64,000 bases of DNA from the human T2T-CHM13v2.0 reference genome, Homo sapiens: the NCBI RefSeq assembly GCF_009914755.1, contig NC_060930.1; one strand, given 5' to 3'. The position numbers and the translations under genes were made by a program. Numbering within the stretch: the first letter of the stretch is position 1; every line of letters begins with the position of its first letter. The notes beneath the pieces were generated by a model. That model did not search any database. It was not told the origin of the DNA and saw only the letters and a program-made list of their open reading frames with translations. Positions 58,291-64,000 of the stretch are shown here, in pieces.

Positions 58291-59871
58291 GAATTCAAAG
58301 CATGGATTGCAAGGAAGCGTAATGAGATCTAAAACAAGGTAGAAAATCAACACAAATAAACTTCTACCCCAATCCAGGAAATGAAGGAAGAAATAAAAAT
58401 CCTAAAAAGGAGTCAAGCAGAGCTTCTAGAATTGAAAAAAAAAAAAAAAAAAAACTTAAGTAATTTCAAAGTACAACTGAAAGATTTATCATTAGTCTGA
58501 ACAAAGCAGAAAAATTTTAGAACTTGAAAATCAATCTTTTACAGTCAGACAAAAATAAATAAAAAACACTTTAAACAAACATAATATTTGAGAAATTTGA
58601 AATTCTGTAAAGTAACCAAGCCTATGAATTATTGAAATTCCTGAGAGGGGAAAAAAGGTAAACAAATAGGAAAACATATTTGAGGAAATTGGTAAAAATC
58701 TCTCTAATCTTGCAAGAGAGATAGCCATCCAGATACAGGAAATTCAGAAAACATCTGAGAGACAATATATGAAATGAACATCACTAACTCATATAGTCAT
58801 CAGACTGTCCAAGGTTGACACTAAAGGAAAAATCCTTAAGGCAGATAGAGAAAAAGTCAGATTACATACAAAGGAAACCCCACCAGGCTAAGAGCAGACT
58901 TCTTAGCGGAAACTTTAGAAGCCTGGAGATACTATGGGTCTATTTCAGCATTTTTAAACAGAACATCCAAGCAAGAATTTTATATCCTACCAAACTAAGG
59001 TTCATCCGTGAAAAAAGAAATAAAATCTTCCAGGCGAACAAGCACAAAGAAAATTTGTTACCACTAGACCAGCCTTACAAGAGATACAAGGTTCTAAAAA
59101 TGGGAATGAAAGAATGATACTGGCTACCATAAAACCACATTTAAGTACATAGCCAACAGACCCTATAAAGCAACCATATGATAGAAACTACAAAGCAACC
59201 AGCTAAAAACATCACAATAGGATCAAAGCCATACATATCAGTATTAACCTTGAATGTAAACAGTTTAAATGCCCCATGTGAAAGGCAAAGAGTTGCCAGT
59301 TAAATAAACAAGACCCATCCATCTGCTGTTGTCAAAAAATTCACCTCACACATAACAACACTCATAGTTTCAAATAATGAATTGGAGAAAGATCTATCAT
59401 GCAAATGGGAAAAAAAGAGCAGAGATTGCTTCTGTTATATTAGATAAAATAGACTTTAAAGGATCACTAACAAAAAAGGACAAGGAGGTCATTACATAAT
59501 GATAAAATTTTCAATTTAACAAGGAGATTTAACTATTCTAAATATATATACACTCAACATTACAGCACCCAAATTTGTGAAACCACTACTTCCAGATACA
59601 TGAAAAGACTTGGATGGCCAGGCAGTAATACTGGGGGACTTCAATATCCTACTGACAGTGTTAGATAGATCATTGAGGCAAAAAACTAACAAATAAATTG
59701 TGGAGTTAAATTTGACACTTGACCAATTGGACCTAATAGACATCTACAGAACGCTCCACCCATCAACCTCAGAATACACATTTTTCTTATCCGCACTCAG
59801 AACATAGTCCAAGATTAACCACATGCTCAGCCATAAATCAAATCTCAATAATTTCAAAAAAAAAAAAAACC

Positions 59872-60206
<335 letters not shown>

Positions 60207-62408
60207 TCACAGTGGAATAAAAATAGAAATCAATACCAAGAAGATCTCCCTGAACTGCACAGTTACATGGAAATTAAACAAATTCTTCCTGATTGACATT
60301 TGGATAGACAACAAAATTAAGGCAGAAATCCAAAAATTCTTTGAAATAAATGAAACAGAGACGCAACATACCAAAATCTCTAGGACATAGCAAAGCAGTG
60401 GTAAGAGGTTAGTTTATAGTGCTAAATTCCTACCTGGACATCTCAGATTAACAATCTACCATCAAATCTAGAGGGACTAGAAAAACAAGCACAACCTAAC
60501 CTTAAAACTAGCACAAAAAGAAATAACTAAAATCAGAGCAAAACTGAACCAAATTAAGATGCAAAAAATCCATTAAAAATCAATGAAACCAAACTTAGTT
60601 TATTGAAAGGATGAAAAAGATTAATAGACCACTAGCTAGATTAATAAAGAAAAAAAAAGATCCAAATAAGCACAATCAGAAATGACAAAGGAGGCATTAC
60701 AACTGATCCCACAGAAATACAAAAACCCTCAGACACTATTATGAACACTTCTATGCATATAAATCAGAAAATCTAGAGGAATTGCATAAATTCCTGGAAA
60801 CACACAACCTCCCAAGATTGAATCGGAAGAAATTCAAACCCTGAACAGACAAATAACAAGCTCCTAATTGAATCATTAATTAAAAAAAAAAAACTAGCAA
60901 CCAAAAAAACCCTAGACCATATGGATTCATAGCAGAATTCTATGAGATGTACAAGTAAGAGCTGGTACCATTTCTACTGAAACTATTCCAAAAAAAATGA
61001 AGAGGAAGGACTCTCCATAACTCACTCTATGAAGCCAGCATTATCCTGGTACCGAAACCTGGCAAACACAAAATGAATAACAATAATAATAAAACTATAG
61101 GCCAATATCCCTGAAGACAATAGACACAAAAATCCTCAACAAAATGCCATCAAACCAAACTCAGCTGCACGTCAAAAAGTTAATTCATCATGATCAAGTA
61201 AGCTTGATCCCTGGGATGCAAGGTTGTTTCAACATATGTGTACGCATATGAATGGATGACATTCACCACATAAGCAGAATTCAAAACAAAAACCTTATGA
61301 TCATTTCAACAGATGCAGAGAAAGCCTTCAATAAAATCCAACATCCCTTTATGATAAAGCTGTCAACAAATTAGTCACTGAAGGAACATACCTCAGAAAA
61401 ATAGAGCAATCTCTGAAAAACCCACAGCCAACATCACACAGAATGGGCAAAAATTGGAAATATTTCTGTTGAGAATTGGAACAAGACAAGTATGTCCACT
61501 CTCACTACTCTTATTCAACATAGTGCTGGAAGTCCCAGCCAGGTTATCAGGCAAGAGAGGGTAATGAAGGGCATCCAAATAGGAAAAGATGAAGTCAAAC
61601 TATCTATCTTTGCTGACAATATGATTCTATAGATCAAATACCATAAAGATTCTGCCCAAAGTCTCCTGGAACTGATAAATAGTTTCAGTAGAGTTTCAAA
61701 ATACAAAGACAATATACAAGAATCAGTAGCATTGGTATACACTAATAATATTCAAGCTGAGAGCCAAATCAAGAACTCAATCCCATTGACAATGGCCACA
61801 GGAAAAATAAAATACCTATGAATCCATCTAACCAAGGAGATGAAAGGTCTGTAAAAGGAGAACTACAAAGCACTGCTGAAATAAACCAGAGATGGCACAA
61901 ATAAATGGAAAAATATTCCATGGCCATGGTTGAAAGAAACAATATTGTTAAAATGGCCATACTGCCCAATGCAATCTACAGATTCAATGTTATTCCTATC
62001 AAACTATCAATGTCATTTTTTACAGAATTATAAAAGTCTCTTCTACAATTCATATGTAACCAAAAAAGAGGCCAAAGTCATCCTAAGCAAAAGGAACAAA
62101 GCCAGAGGCATCACATTACCTGACTTTAAACCATACTACAAGGCTACAGTAGCCAAAACAGCATGGTACTGGTACAAAAGCAGACACATGGACCAATAGA
62201 ACAGAATAGACAACTCACACATAAAGCTGCACACTTGCAGCCTTCTGATCTTTGACAAAGTTGACAAAACTAAGCAATGAGAAAGGACTTTCTATTCAGT
62301 AAATTGTGCTGGCATGACTGTCCAGCCATATGCAGAAGAATGAAACAGAGCCCCTATTTTTCAGTATATATGAACATTAACTCAGTTTGCATTAAAGATT
62401 TAAATGTA

Positions 62409-62732
<324 letters not shown>

Positions 62733-63912
62733 TCAAAATACAAGAATCCTGGAAGAAAGCCTAAGTAACATCATTATGGACATCTGCTTTGGGAAAGAAT
62801 TTATAACCTAGTCCTCCAAAGCAATTGCAATAAGAACAAAACTTGACAAGGGGAGCCTAATTAATCTAAAGAGATTTTGCTTATCAAAAGAAACTATCAA
62901 CCTGGTAAACAGACAACACACAGAAAGGGAGAAAATACTTCTAAACTATGCATGCAACAAAGTTCTAACATCCAGAATCTGTAAGGAACTTAAACAATTC
63001 AACAAGAAAAAAACAACCTCACGAAAAAGTAGGCAAAGGACATGAACCAACAAAAGGAGACATACAAGTGACCAAGAAACAAATGAAAAAATTCTCAACA
63101 TCACAAATCATCAGAGAAATGAAAATCAAATTCATGAGATACCATCTCATACGAATCAAAACGGCCATTATTAAAAAGTCAAAAAACAAATGATGCTGGC
63201 AGAGAAAAAGGAAGGCTTATACACTGTTGGTGAGAATGTAAATCAGTTCAGCCACTGTGGAAACCAGTTTGAAGATTTCTCAAAAAACTTAAAACAGAAT
63301 TACAATTTTCCCCAGCAATCCTGTTACTAGACATATATGAAAAAAAAATCATTCTACCAAAAAGGCCTATGCACTTGTATGTTTATCACAACACTTTTCA
63401 CAGTAGCAAAGACATGGAATCCACCTAGCTGTCCATCACTGGTGGATTGGATGAAGAAAATGTGTCACGTATAAAACATGGAATGTTATGCAGCCATACA
63501 AAGAATAAAATCATGTCCCTTACAGCAACATGAATACAGCTGGAGGCCATTAGTCTAAGTGAATAAATACGGGAACAGAAAACCAAATGCCACAAATTCT
63601 CACTTATAAATGGAAGCTAAATATTGGGTATTCACAGAATTAAAGATGGTAATAATAGATACTGGAGATTACCAAAGGGGAAAGGGAGGTGAGGGTGGGA
63701 GGGCAAGTGTTGAAAAACTAACTGTTGGGTACTATGCTCACTTCCTGGGTGATGGGTTCAATCATACCCAAAACCTAAGCATCACACAATATACTCATGT
63801 AGCAGATGTGCACATGGACCCCCTGAATCCTAAACAAAAGTTGAAATTATATAAAAAAAGTAAATAAAATAAAACTATTATAAATAAAAATTATATTAAA
63901 AATTGATAAATA

Positions 63913-64000
63913 GTCCAGGCGCAGTGGCGCATGCCTGTAAACCTAGCACTTCAGGAGGGTGAGGTGGGCAGACCACCTGAGGTCAGGAGTTTGAGACCAG
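63913..64000 (+). mobile_element. AluS left arm, cut by window end
   Basis: gcagtggcgcatgcctgtaa...cacctgaggtcaggagtttgagaccag. Confidence 0.9.

Overview
Human (primate) genomic DNA, AT-rich and dominated by transposable elements. The species call rests on an AluYa5 with all five diagnostic positions and a full-length L1PA2/3-type element. I find no recognisable cellular protein-coding gene, RNA gene or novel multi-gene system. The long ORFs are broken L1 ORF1/ORF2 pieces, and most short ORFs are chance frames in Alu/LTR/L1 sequence. Main elements: a complete THE1D MaLR (1632-3873) inside old L1M; a full-length ancient L1MA with an intact 14-bp TSD (8499-14931, +); a full-length inactivated L1PA2/3 (15458-21512, -); a complete non-autonomous MER61-family provirus (~27631-33394); an ancient ERV-L remnant with an LTR33-like LTR and a nested MLT2A1; several solo LTRs; eight Alus; and a full-length L1PA16-type element (56439-63860) carrying younger insertions. 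The observations most worth a second look are structural: a ~160-bp inverted copy of the neighbouring L1 5'UTR with its microsatellite, an exact 23-bp dispersed duplication, fold-back palindromes, a ~70-bp mini-L1 with two poly(A) runs, and three plus-strand exon-like segments that could belong to a spliced non-coding RNA. Subfamily names come from recalled consensus sequences, not from a database search.
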